Shown: positions 25,842 to 37,755 of the stretch, piece after piece | How positions within the stretch are numbered: the stretch's first letter is position 1 | How the letters are laid out: the number at the start of each line of letters is the position of its first letter | NCBI GenBank assembly: GCA_905178155.1 | Contig: CAJINV010000005.1 | Span: 8,471,591 to 8,535,590 of the forward strand | Reading direction: 5' to 3' | Length of the DNA stretch: 64,000 nt | Origin: Amoebophrya sp. A120 | Taxonomy: Eukaryota > Protista > Dinoflagellata | The notes under the pieces: model-generated | What the model was told of the DNA's origin: nothing | The model's database searches: none | Seen by the model: the letters and a program-made list of their open reading frames with translations, nothing else | Position numbers and translations under genes: made by a program

Positions 25842-28800
25842 ATGGCGCCGAAAAAGAAGAAAGACAAGAATGGCGCCGAGGAAAAAGTGAAGCCGTCCTT
25901 CACTACCTTCGTTCGCCTGCACGGGACCCTTGATGGCGATTCTGAAAATTTGTCGATCAAAGAATCACGCGAAGAGTCTCTTGATGGAGGACGAAGCACG
26001 AGTAAATCCAGGTCAAAATCTCCGTCGCCAAAGAAGCACACCAGCAAGGCTAATTCAGACGGGACGTACGATGTTGACCCCGAAGATGGTCGTAGGAGAA
26101 GCAGGAGCCGGAGCCGCTCCAACTCTCCGTCCAAATCCCCCAAACCACCACCCCCGAGAGGTCGGAAGCGAAGAAAATCCTCCATCGACAAACGAGAAGA
26201 CAGCATCATGCTGTTTCAGCACAAGATGCAAGATGACTACGTCAAAGCACTTCGGAGGGTATGAACTGCAAAAGTATCGTACTCGTAGTATCGCAATACA
26301 AATTTAGCTCAGCATGAGAAATGGAATTTCTCATGCTGATTTAGCTTGAAAAAAAAATTTGTCTTGCATGATTGCAATCACTACGAGTGCGATCATACTT
26401 TTGCACAGGATAGAGGGAAAACCTTTCCTACGTCGCCCAAGCGATATCGCCGATCCGGATTGCGAAGGAGGTGGCGAGCGGTGTGGCGAAGCGGATCAGT
26501 CCGGCGAAGAAACCGGCGTTTTTGGTGTCGAAGGAACAAGAGACGGAATCGAGTCAAAAACAGCGAGCGTTTGAAACGCTGGAACAATCAGCTGATAAAA
26601 AGAATAAAATCATCCCGCTCAGTAATTGGGCACCGGGGTCGACTAACAGTAGTTGGACCAGTGGCGCGTCGTATTCCACGACACAATCTGACGGGAACTA
26701 CACGGGAACAGGTGCAGGAGCCACTTCTAGTAGTAAACCAAAAAATAAACAGCAACCTTTTCTCTTCGCGCCAGAAGACGGAGACTACGGTCCGGACGAC
26801 CCAGTGAAGCAATCGACGCGGGAGAGCTTTTACCAACGCAGTCAAATGAGCAATGATCACGTCGTCAACATCCCGCCGCCGACGGAGGACGATAAGATTC
26901 TCTACCCGAATGAGACGGTGCAACAAAGGTACAGACGGCTGCAGAAGCAGGAATTGGATGAGATGTACATGAGCAGGAACGAGTACGACAGTTCACAACT
27001 CCCCCTCCTCCTCATTTGTTTTGCATGGACAGCAATACAAACACCCGCACCTATGAAGCCTGTGCATGACAAGTTCACACTCGTATTGTAGTTACTGTTT
27101 GGGCTTGCGGACGAATCTGTCATGCGAACAGTACCACAGTGCAGCGCTTGGACTTGGTATTTATGCATGACAAACGAGGGGGAGGGGGAGTTGTACGCTC
27201 TCATAACGAGAAGAAGATCCGGGAACTGGAGAAGCACGAGATAGCGACGAAGATCAAGTGGAACAAACAGAAAATAGAGGAAGATTCCAAGGAAGTCGAA
27301 GAGGACGAGAACCGGAGAGAACGAAGACGGATGAGGCTCGTGGCAAAATCCTCCGTCCCGGTAGCGAACTTGCCGCGGGAGCTGTCCGAGCTAGTGCAGG
27401 TTCGGGAACGGAACAATCCAAAAAACGGGGACGAGACGCTGATTAAAACACTGAAGAAATTCGGGATCAAAGATGCGAGATTAAAGTTGTCGCAATACAA
27501 GACGGCGTTATTGAGGTACTGATGATGTAGTTTTTTGACTTTGGTATAGTTTGTCGTGCACAATTTGCATCATCGGCTGTGTGTGTCATGCTCATCTGTA
27601 CATCACGCAGCAAACACTTTCATAGGTACACGCAATGGAAATCCCCCGTCTGCCCTCCCGACCCGATTTACAAAGCTAATGCAACCGAACGGCAAAACCT
27701 GGCTGGGGAAGTGCACGGCTCCGGATTAGTAACGATCAATAAGGACTTCGACGACGCCTTGGAGCACAAGCGACAGATGTACGTGAAAGATAAATTAGAA
27801 GCGAACTCCCCACTAGACAACCTCTCCACGCTATCGTAAGAAAAAACTGTTTCACTGTAAGGATTTTGCAAGTTTTGCATTACAAGTTCGCTACACATTA
27901 CAAAGAAAACTTGCCATGCAAGGATCCTAACGGAAAACACCACTAAAAATCATTTGTCTTGCATGTGTAGCAAGACAAACACTTCAGTGAGATGCATTTT
28001 CTGCGTCACAAGTTCACAGCGAAGCAGTTTTTTCTTGCGATACACGCCGGGAGACCATCATTCTGACACGGTGTCCGTGATCAGTTCCAAAGCGATGTTG
28101 GACCAAGTAGCAGCGGAGAACGAAACGCTGAATCCTTTGACAAGGGTGAAACACCCGGAGGAGGAGAAAAGACTAGCAAGGGAGCGGGAGAGGCTGAAAA
28201 AAGAAAAGCAAAGAGATCAGCAGTACTTGGAAGCTTATCGGGAGGAGAAGCGGATGCAGGGAGAATCGTCGACCGAAAATCCTTATGCATTGCAAAAGTG
28301 TGAACGTTTCTTGCAGCACTTTGCATGACAGGTCTGTTCTTTTTACGTGAATCCGCATCACAGATCTCATTTTTCATTTTGGAAAGATTTGTCATGCAAT
28401 CTACACTACTGGTACAACTGCGATACGCATACCGATACTTTTGCAATGCATACTCCCAATCTGGGTATCTTCACCAAGGAGGAACCAAAAGTCCGCTTTG
28501 CCGATGGAGTCAACCCCGGGGAAGATGAGAATTTTGATCTAAAATTCACGGGAAATAAGAGATCCGTGCGGGGGAAGGTGTTTGCCAAAGCGGTTGACAA
28601 AAAAGCAGAGTACCCCGCGCAGTTTTCACCGCAGAAAGGAGGGACCAAGCCGAGCGGGGCTTTGCGGAGTCAGAAAAGTTTGGACAACAGTGACTTAGAT
28701 GAGGAGGAACTTCCGGAAGAGGAGAATGATCCCCACTACGACCCGTGTTTGTCTCCAACGCAGAAACTAGACGTGGATAAACTGTACTATGCCGTTCTCA

Positions 28801-31800
28801 GACGTTACATTCTCAACAGTAATGCATGAATCTGTGATGCAAAGTAACCATAATCCACCACAAAATCAAGCTACCTCGCATGACAAGTTACCGAAGGGCC
28901 ACACAGCATCTGAATCTGCGTCATCAAGTTTGTGATGCGAGAGCTGCAAGCTTGCCCCTTTCACTGCCGCTGGTCTTGCATTACAAATTCATGCAACAGC
29001 AGCTGCTGGGAGTGTAACGTTTGGGAATCCCATATGTACCGGATGGACTCGATGGAACAACTACAGCAGCAGATCGGGTTGCAAATGAACCAGAGAAACA
29101 AAGGACCGAAGTTCTCGTTATTCAACGCGAGCTTCAAGTTCAAGGAGTTCCTAGCGCCCGTGGAAGATAACGGCCTGGACCCGAGAGTGACACGGAAAAA
29201 ACCACTCCCGCTCTATCCTGTGCAAAAGTATCGTACTCGTAGTAATTTCAATCATGCATTACAAATCTTTTCCTCAAGGTGAATCTGCATTACAAATTCA
29301 ATTTCTCATGCTGAAAAAATTTGTATTGCAATACTACGAGTACGATACTTTTGCAGAGCATACGCTCTTGATTCGGCCGCTCTTCGTGGGGATCTATGCC
29401 ATGATCGCCGGCATCTACTTCTGCACGGTGCCGCTGCGATATGAAAGTGCACAATTCCCCCTCCCCCTCGTTTGTCATGCAAGATCTCAAATCCAGCTGC
29501 TGCCCTGTAGCACTGTTTGCATCACAAATTCTGCAAGTCCAAACAGTACCACACGAGGCGCATGAATTTGTCATGCATAGGCTCCATGTGTGCTGATGTC
29601 TGTATTGCTGCTTATGCCATACAAATGAGGGGGAGGGGGGGTTGTGCACTGTCATATGCGAGAGGCCGAACAGGCGGGGAGGCACTTCTGGCAGTGGACC
29701 AACGCAAACTGCTATGCAAGAAAAAAACTGTGTAGGTGTTGTAAGTCTGTCATGCAAAGCATGCAACACAGCTGCGCCTGTCATGCTGGTCAGCCATGAA
29801 GTCCTCTTTTCATATCTGTTTTCATGTGGGAGCTGCGCATGGCAGGCTTTCTCTGTCATGCACAGCAAATTTGTCATGCTCTCACCCCAAGAATAAACCT
29901 AAAGCTAAACCAATACACTTTTTTGTCGGGATAATTGCCGGATCTGGAGGTTTACCGACATATGCTCGGTTTGCGCTTTGAAATCCGACGGGGGCGCGGA
30001 GCGGTGCGGGGTTAGTGACGTCGCGCGGTACAGTAACGGGTGTCAGTTCGACATTCTAATCCGGTATGATAGTGACGGCGGGGAAGAAGACTCGCAGGTG
30101 GCCGAGGGCAATTGGTATCCCGAGTACGAATGGGACGGGAAAGAATACGATTTAGCGCCCAGGGAATACTTCAACCAGTGTCCGGGCGGGAAAGGTATAG
30201 ATTTTTTACGTTTAGTTAATTTCACGTTTTTGAGGATGCATGACAAGCAGGCTGTCTCTTGTACGATTTCGCATGACAAATCCAAATCAAAACAGCCACC
30301 TCCCCCGCCTCTCTCCGCCTTCCCCGCGCGGAGATGGAAAAACTCGAAAACTGCTGCATCTACCACAACCCCACCACCGATCTGTTCTGCGACATGTGGT
30401 CCTACGGGAACACCAAAGGCTCCTGGCCTTGCCGGGTGGCGGAGGGGGACATCTTACCGGCAACCACCACCGAGCGCCCCAGGTTTGCCCAGGTCTGGAT
30501 CTTCGGCCACAACCAGTCCGAGTGGTGGACCTACGCGGGGCTGTGCTTCGCGCTGATGTTGGTCTTGTGGAAATTTTGGCTGTGGCCGCTTTGGATTTAC
30601 CAGCTATGCATTGCAAACGTATCGTACTAGTATAAATCACATGACAAATTTACTCAGCATGAGAAATAAATTTTGTAATGCGGACTGAACTTGAGAAAAA
30701 AACTTGCAATGCAGGAATGCGATTACTACAAGTGCGGTACTTTTACACTGGATACCAGCGGTACGAAGACAAAAGGTTGGAGCAGAGGAGGGAGTTAGAG
30801 GAGATGAAAAGGAGAACGGGGAAAGGGTTCTTTGATAAAGCAACGGGCAAATTCGTCACCTTCGATCCGAACGAGTATTACGAAGAGCAGGAGAATAGCA
30901 GTGGTTACGGCTACGGCGGGTCGTCCCCTGCCCTGTACTACGCGGAACCCCCTTCTGTCTCCGAAGATTTCGATAGTGAAGACATCAAGCCCAGAAGTAA
31001 ACCTTCCAACTACCATATCCACTGCAAGTATGTCTGGGTCTGGACGGTTGCGAGATTTGTCATGCTTGTCTCCCATGACGCTGGGCTTTGTGTTGCGTGG
31101 CTACGAACAGCTCCGCTTGCCTGTTATGCAAAAACGCTGTTTCTCATGCGGAAAAGGCAACACAGAGCGACGGAAAAGCCTGTCATGCTTGGCGGTGCAT
31201 CACAGAGGGCTATACTATTCACTGGCTTACATCAGAACCTTCCAGACCACCCAGACGTATTTGCAATGCATATACCACAATAAAATGCTGAAAGCTTCGA
31301 TGAAGGGCTTGCTGTCACCGAAGAGATATCCTGTGCAAAAGTATCGTACTCGTAGTAATTCTTGCAGTCATGCATTACAAATCTCTTCGTTAGGGTAAAT
31401 CCGCATTACAAATCTAATTTCTCATACTGAGAAAATTTTTGTTGCATTTCTACGAGTACGATACTTTTGCAATTCATAAGAGAAGGCCGAACAAGGATGG
31501 AGAGATAGTGGAAATTAGTCTGGAAAACCAAGTCCCTGCGCGGTCTCTGAACAACCCAGACACCACCTTTGCCTATGACTCCGCACGGAACCCGTTCCGC
31601 GTGGCGTATGCATTGCAAAAGTATCGCACCAGTGGAAATTGCATTACAAATTGGCTCAGCATTACATGATATGCGAAGTTTGTCATGCTGTCTCAGTTTC
31701 GGAGCGAGATTTGTCATGCGCGTCAGCAATTAGTACGAGTACGATACTTTTGCAAGGCATATGGCGCACAATGAGACGATCGGCGGTGTTAACGAGATAA

Positions 31801-34555
31801 TAGATCCACGGTACCCCGAGGGGCAGCGACCCGGGAGCAGAGGGCAGAACCTCGGGAATAAGCCGGTGAGGATGACGCGAGCAGATATATCGAATGCAAA
31901 ATGTTGACATCGTACTCCTCGTAGACTCATCGCAGTACAGCATGACAGATCTAGTTTCTTAGCTAGTTCAGCATTACAAATTCCATTTTTCGTTGTGGAA
32001 AAATTTGTGATGCTATTTCTACGTAGTGCGACCTTTTTGCACTGCATAAGACAGGATGATGGACAAATTCCGCTTGTTGAAGTCCAAAGTTTCCGACCAT
32101 CTCTTCCACCAGCCCGGGAAAATCGCGAACCAGTCACAGCAGGACGTAATAACCGCGCAGGAGAGAAACATTGAAAGAATGCAGTTCGACGGGGACGACT
32201 ATTACTCGCAGACCGCGATAAGACTCGCCGGGGTTCCGCCACCGTTGTACTTGCAGGGGAAATTCATAGAAGACGTCGGAGGAGGACCTGCTGCTTCGAA
32301 AAAAGAGGTGGATAATAGCAACATTCTCATCACAGCAGAAAACAACAACATCGACGCAAAAGGCGGACGGAACCGAAAGACCAGTAAAGACCGCGGCCGA
32401 TCCCAAGAAAACAAAAACCTCTCGCACATGAGGAAAGCGAACAAAAACGAGCATTTGGTGCCACTTATGCATTGCAAAAGCATCGTACTAGTATAAATTG
32501 CATTACAAGTTGACGTAGCATTACAAATTGAATTTGTATTGCGGATTTGCCTGAACAAAAAGATTTGTAATGCATAAACGCAATTAGTACGAGTACGATG
32601 CTTCTGCACAGGATACCGCTACCGGGTGGGTTTCAGGAACAGAGAAGCACAATAATCCGGATATGCTGTGCAAAAGTATCGTACTCGTATAAATGCAGGT
32701 CTTGCATTACAAATTTCTTTGTCAAGGCAAATCAGCATTACAAATTTTCTTTCTCATGCTGAGGAAATTTGTAATGCATTTATACGAGTACGATACTTTT
32801 GCACAGCATACCGGATGCAGGATAGCAAGGACACTATTGGGCGATCAAATGTGTACGATAACGCGCCGGTCGTGGAGACCAGAGGAGATCAAGCGAGGAG
32901 TGCCGAGGAACAGGAAGACTCCTTATGCATTGCAAAAGTATAATGTTCCTCGCGCTAGTAGAAATCGTTTCACCAATTTGATTAGCATGGAAAATGGAAT
33001 TTGTTGTGCGTGTTAGTGTACAAAGGTGATCATCTCTCATGCCTGATTGCCATTAGTACGAGTGCGATACTTTTGCGATCCATACTCCTTCGAATTCTAC
33101 AATGACGTCGATGCGACGTTTCAGCACGTGCGGAAAGGTATCAAATGCAAATAGGTCTGGGTCTGGAAACTTGTGATGCTGGCCGGAAAATCTTGAGGAC
33201 GTCCCAAGTGGTGGCCCTCGCATGACAAGTTTTTGAGCTGCTAGGTGTTGCGTGTTCAGCATGGCAACCTGTGTTTCCGCATGACAGAAAACTGGGACGC
33301 TTGGCTAACGCGCATGACAGACTTGAGAGTCATGCTGGCCGAGCATGACAAAGTCTGCACTCTTCCAGACGCAGAGAGATTTGCAATGCATAAAAGGAAG
33401 CAGCTCCTCTTCTAGCTCCTCGGCACGACACCAAGATACAGTCTCTTACCCCGCCAGCCAGTTTCTTGGACGAAACAAGACGCAGTTCCACCCGGGGCCA
33501 GACGCGCCAGTCTACGACCAGCCCCACATGTTCTCGCAGGACAGCTCGCAAGGCGTGTCGACAAGTACAACCGCTGGTAATCTTCATGCGAGAATCAATC
33601 CCGCGTCCATGCTCGGACCTAACGGCGGTTCCACTTCCACGTCCTCCCGCGCCACAAGGGTCGGGGTCTTTGGCAACCCGGGACCTGGACCCGCGTATTA
33701 CGACGTTGGCGGGGTGAAAGAGGAGGTGATTCTAGGCTCGGAAATGGTGAAGAAGAACTGGACGCATTCGGAACTCCGGGCGAAATCACCCTTGAAAAGG
33801 CGCATCGAGGCGTGCGGAGATAATGTGTTGGGGGAGAACGAATTATATCACAGGAAAAAGTGTTAACGTTAACGGAATTTGTGATGCAACAATGCATCGC
33901 AAAACGTGCCAGAATTTGTCGTGCATAGCATGCGTATTGGACTACATTTGTGATGCATGACTGTAATCTGTGAAAACCGTTAACGTATAACGCTTTTTCT
34001 TGTGATAGATTAAGGAAGATGTTCAAGAAAGCAAAAGCGAAAAACAAGCTGCAAACTGCGGAAGAGAAGTTTTGGCCGAAGCCAGGGGCTACAATACAGA
34101 ACACCAGTGCTAATAATTCTGCGAACCGCAGTCGGGCAAACAGTAAAGACAGTGCGTTTTCATCCTCCGGGAATAGCTCGGATGAAGGAGGGGGTAATGG
34201 TCCCCTGTTTTCCCGAAACAGCTCGAAAGTTTTACCAAGGATCCAGGAGAACGAGGAGTTATTTCCGTATGGAGGAGGAGGCGGGTTCGGTGCTGGTAGC
34301 GTCGAGGAAGAGAATTCGTCCATGGTGTTTCCACCAAATAATAACATCAGCGCACAGCATAACCATAACAATTCAACTTCATCTGTGCTGTCGCAATCCG
34401 AGGAAGATGAACAAACCTGGAACAAATACGTGGAGAACGGACTAGTCGTCGCAAAGGCGAAACCAAAAGCAAAGCAGCGGTACAAAATGCCCGCGGCGGC
34501 TACGAAAATGCAGACGCGGAACGCTGGTGGGGGATTGAATTCAGGGTTTTTGTAA
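25842..34555 (+). CDS. Large hypothetical protein with two TM helices around a Cys-rich loop, 21 exons
   Basis: 18 introners and GT-AG introns 27516-27625 and 30195-30295; all 20 joins stay in frame (e.g. LRR|ENLSY, ANC|RIWRF, EDS|FEFYN, NEL|RKMFK). TM1 PLFVGIYAMIAGIYFCTV, TM2 WWTYAGLCFALMLVLWKFWLW. Confidence 0.85.
26260..26412. mobile_element. Introner family B
   Basis: DR gaggg/gaggg. Confidence 0.95.
26984..27205. mobile_element. Introner family C
   Basis: DR acgag/acgag; left end TAC. Confidence 0.92.
27832..28042. mobile_element. Introner family D (TIR TATCGnAAGAAAAAACTGTTTCACTGT)
   Basis: DR cacgc/cacgc. Confidence 0.95.
28284..28452. mobile_element. Introner family B
   Basis: DR atcct/ctccc. 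Confidence 0.88.
28788..29034. mobile_element. Introner family I
   Basis: DR tgtac/tgtac. Confidence 0.92.
29214..29362. mobile_element. Introner family B
   Basis: DR cgctc/cgctc. Confidence 0.95.
29440..29656. mobile_element. Introner family C
   Basis: DR tgcga/tgcga. Confidence 0.95.
29713..29933. mobile_element. Introner group G (heterogeneous, TATnnnAnGAAAAA ends)
   Basis: DR actgc/attgc. Confidence 0.88.
30605..30754. mobile_element. Introner family B
   Basis: DR ccagc/ccagc. Confidence 0.95.
31016..31272. mobile_element. Introner family A
   Basis: DR tacca/tacca. Confidence 0.95.
31327..31478. mobile_element. Introner family B
   Basis: DR agaga/agaga. Confidence 0.95.
31607..31761. 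mobile_element. Introner family B
   Basis: DR tggcg/tggcg. Confidence 0.95.
31888..32048. mobile_element. Introner family B (degenerate)
   Basis: DR agata/agaca. Confidence 0.9.
32466..32615. mobile_element. Introner family B
   Basis: DR ccact/ccgct. Confidence 0.93.
32662..32810. mobile_element. Introner family B
   Basis: DR ccgga/ccgga. Confidence 0.95.
32924..33084. mobile_element. Introner family B
   Basis: DR ctcct/ctcct; empty site in the paralog at ~36676. Confidence 0.97.
33139..33392. mobile_element. Introner family A
   Basis: DR aaagg/aaagg; empty site in the paralog at ~36725. Confidence 0.97.
33846..34007. mobile_element. Introner group G
   Basis: DR aatta/gatta; TIR TATCACAnGAAAAAGnGTTA. 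Confidence 0.92.
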
Positions 34556-35458
34556 AAAGATATTTCTTTACGTTTACGATCTGTGGAACAGCTGCGAATT
34601 ATGCTGGTTTCAATTTTGACAATAAAGAACTTCTCTTTATTCAGTTTCAACAAATAGTTCACTGCCGTGATTTGACTTCCGTTTCCGTTTCAGAACTTGA
34701 ATCGCTGGATTATCTTGCAGGCACCGGCGGATGCTGGCTCTCTTCTAGCTGCACCGAAGCCGCCCAAGAGCGCTTGCTCGACACTGGTGGTGATTCTGAT
34801 TGTGAGGACCGATCTAAACATCAGTTCTTGAGAGAAGAAGTATTTCAATCAAATTTGAACTACAGGCGTAGAAGGGTAAGTTAGAAGTAGCTTCTTCCAC
34901 AGCAGCATCGTCGTGAAGATGCGTGTGTTCTTCGCGTTCGAACGCCCAACGAAGATTTTGTTGCTCTCTGTGGTGACACTGCCGCTTGTTTGTGCTCTTT
35001 TTTTTGTTCTGGCCCATTGTATCGTGACGGAGATCTTGTTGATCTTCACGGTCGCCCCCCGCAAGGATGATCAGGAGACGGAAACAATGGATCCTCCAAC
35101 CTACTTTCTACTTGTATGTAGAGAATGAAGACGAAAAGCAGGAGCATCTTCCTAGGTAGCTACTTAGTTGCTATCGCAGGTACTACAAACCATGTCCTTT
35201 ATTTGAAAAGGATTGGAATGATTTCATTTATGCATATGCACTAAAAAAGGCGGGTAGTATAGTTGCAAACGTCGATCCGGTTCTTGTTCCCATGTTGCCC
35301 GATCATCTCTTTTCCAACATAAATTTGATTTTCACGAAGAAAATTCTTCCCTTTTTCGAACAAACCACCATGTCTTGGAAGGACGCGTTTGGCCTGGCGC
35401 AGAAAGTGGTTAGTACGAGCCCCGACGTGTGCCAAGTAACGGTGAAAAACGCGACAGA

Positions 35459-35677
35459 TATGAGAGTGTACAACTCCCGCTCCCCCTCATTTGTCATGCA
35501 AAATTCCAAATCCACCCTCAGCCTGTTAGTAGTGTTTGCATGACAGATTCCGGAATCCAAAACAGCACTACAATCCTCTATGAATTTGCCATGCGAATAA
35601 AGCTGCATCTTTGCCAGCGCTTGTGTTGCTGTTCATGCAACACAAATGAGGGGGAGGAGGAGTTGTGCAGTCTCATA
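35459..35677. mobile_element. Introner family C
   Basis: DR acaga/acaga. Confidence 0.95.
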
Positions 35678-35729
35678 ACAGAAGAGTACCGTTTAAAAGT
35701 GAAGTCCTACAATCGGCACGACGCGGTTG

Positions 35730-35991
35730 TATCAATTGCAAATATGTCTGGGTCTGGAAGGCGGCAACTTGTCATGGTAAATCTGAAGCATGCAAAAATC
35801 TGTGTTGCCTGAGTGCCAAAAGCTGTCCACTTTTGACCAAGTTGGAAGGGAGTTTCTCATGCAGGATAGACATGATAGGGATCTCACAGAAACTGTCATG
35901 CTAGGTCCTGCACTCCAGACGACATGGATCATATAAAAATCTGCATGACAAGTTTACAATTTTCCAGACCAAGACATTTTTGCAGTGCATA
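35730..35991. mobile_element. Introner family A
   Basis: DR ggttg/ggttg. Confidence 0.95.
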
Positions 35992-36220
35992 GGTTGGGTT
36001 GTGGCACCACGCGGAGATGCAGTTAAAACCGGGGCAGTCTGACGGAAAAGGCAACACAGAGAGACGGAAAAGCCTGTCATGCTTGGCGGTGCATCACAGA
36101 GTACTATACTATTCACTGACTTGCATCACAACCTTCCAGACCACCCAGACGTATTTGCAATGCATATACCACAAGAAAATGCTGAAAGCGTCGATGAAGG
36201 GCTTGCTGTCACCAGAGAGA

Positions 36221-36375
36221 TATCCTGTGCAAAAGTATCGTACTCGTAGTAATTGTTCTTGCAGTCATGCATTACAAATTTTTTTCTTAATGTAAATCCA
36301 CATGACAAATTTTATTTCTCATGCTGAGGGAATTCGTCATGCATTTATACGAGTGCGATACTTGTGCAATGCATA
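36221..36375. mobile_element. Introner family B (same site as 31327)
   Basis: DR agaga/agaga. Confidence 0.93.
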
Positions 36376-36462
36376 AGAGAAGGCAGAACAAGGATGGAGA
36401 AAATGAGGAAATTAGTCTGGAAAACCAAGTCGCCGCACGGTCTCTGAACAACCCGGACACCA

Positions 36463-36559
36463 TATGCATTGCAAATATGTCCTCTGGGTCTGGAAGGTTG
36501 GAACTTGTAATGCTAGCTTTCCATACCTAGGAAACCTGTATTGCGTAAGCAACAAAAGT
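36463..36559. mobile_element. Truncated family A introner (left part only)
   Basis: Left TIR after cacca; the site is empty at 31561; right part lost at a deletion junction. Confidence 0.8.
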
Positions 36560-36859
36560 CGGATGCAGGATAGCAAGGACACTATTGGGCGGTCGAATGT
36601 GTACGACAACGCACCGGTCATGGACCAAGCCAGAGAAGATGATCGACAAGCGAGGAGTGCCGAGGAACAGGAAGACTCCTTCGAATTCTACAACGACGTG
36701 GATGCCACGTTTCAGCACGTACGCAAAGGGAGCAGCTCCTCTTCTAGCTCCTTCGCACGACAAGATACGGTCTCTTACCCCGCCAGCCAGTTTCTCGGGC
36801 GGAACAAGACGCAGTTTCACCCGGGACCCGACGCCCCGGTGTACGACCAACCCCACATG

Positions 36860-37124
36860 TATCAAATGTAAAAATGTCTGGGTCTGGACGAATGCAACTT
36901 GTCATGATAAATCTGAAGCATGAAAAAATCTGTGTTGCATGATTACCAAAAGTCGTCCAGTTTTGACCAAGTCGGGAGGGATTTTCTCATGCAGGATAGG
37001 CTGGCATGAGAGAGATCGCACAGAATCTGTCATGCTGTGTCCTGCATTCCAGACCTCATGGGTCATGGAAAATCTGCATGACAAGTTTACAATTTTCCAG
37101 ACCAAGACACTTTTGCAGTGCATA
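36860..37124. mobile_element. Chimeric family A introner
   Basis: Flanks acatg and ggttg come from two different genes. Confidence 0.88.
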
Positions 37125-37494
37125 GGTTGGGTTGTGGCACCACGCGGAGATGGAGTTGAAGCCGGGGCAGGAGTCTAGCCAATTCTCATAGGATTGCGCA
37201 TGACAGGTTCCGGAGCATCAAACCCCACTACAATCTGGCGAAATTTGTATTGCAGAAAGTGGAACGCTCTGCGAGTCTGTCATGCTCATCATGCAAGACA
37301 AATCTCAGATTCTATTGTATCGGATGTGATTTCCGCGACCGATGGGTTGTTTATGGCCATGAAGCAGTGTACCTCGATTCAGCTACAGGTTTGCGTGGAC
37401 CGGAATGCATTGTCGTATTATATATGATGACGATGGAACAAGACGAAAGAAGCCGGCTCGTTCCTGCGTCTGGCACAGCAACGCGCGGAACGAC

Positions 37495-37755
37495 TATCAA
37501 ATGGAAAAATGTCTGGGTCTGGAAGAATGCAACCTGTCACGCTAAATCTGAAGCATGCAAAAATCTGTGTTGCATGAGTGCCAAAAGCTGTCCACTTTCG
37601 ACCAAGTTGGGAGGGAGTTTCTCATGCAGGATAGGCATGAGAGAGACCTCACAGACTCTGTCATCCTAGGTCCCGCATTCCAGACCTCAAGGGTCATGGA
37701 AAATCTGCATGACAAGTTTACACTCTTCCAGACCCAGACACTTTTACAATCCATA
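37495..37755. mobile_element. Introner family A
   Basis: DR acgac/acgac. Confidence 0.95.

Larger units (their letters stand above)
23226..26058 (+). repeat. Second copy of a ~2.85-kb tandem segmental duplication (first copy 20350-23211)
   Basis: Colinear: 19898-gene 3' end, intergenic region, luciferase-like gene, MAPKKK 5' end. Confidence 0.92.
36043..36859 (+). repeat. Diverged, internally deleted duplicate of parts of gene 25842 (31149-31565 and 32812-33530)
   Basis: Same exon translations (KMLKASMKGLLSP, MQDSKDTIGRSNVY, QDTVSYPASQFLG) but different introner content. Confidence 0.9.

Noticed and set aside
33619-34662. Minus-strand ORFs such as this 347-aa one, 44531-45157 and 5887-6462
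   Set aside because: Antisense shadows of + strand exons with no recognisable motifs.
37171-37320. Another introner in gene 35370
   Set aside because: It contains the internal motif and is probably an intron, but it has no TAT/ATA ends or clear DR, so boundaries and frame are unresolved.
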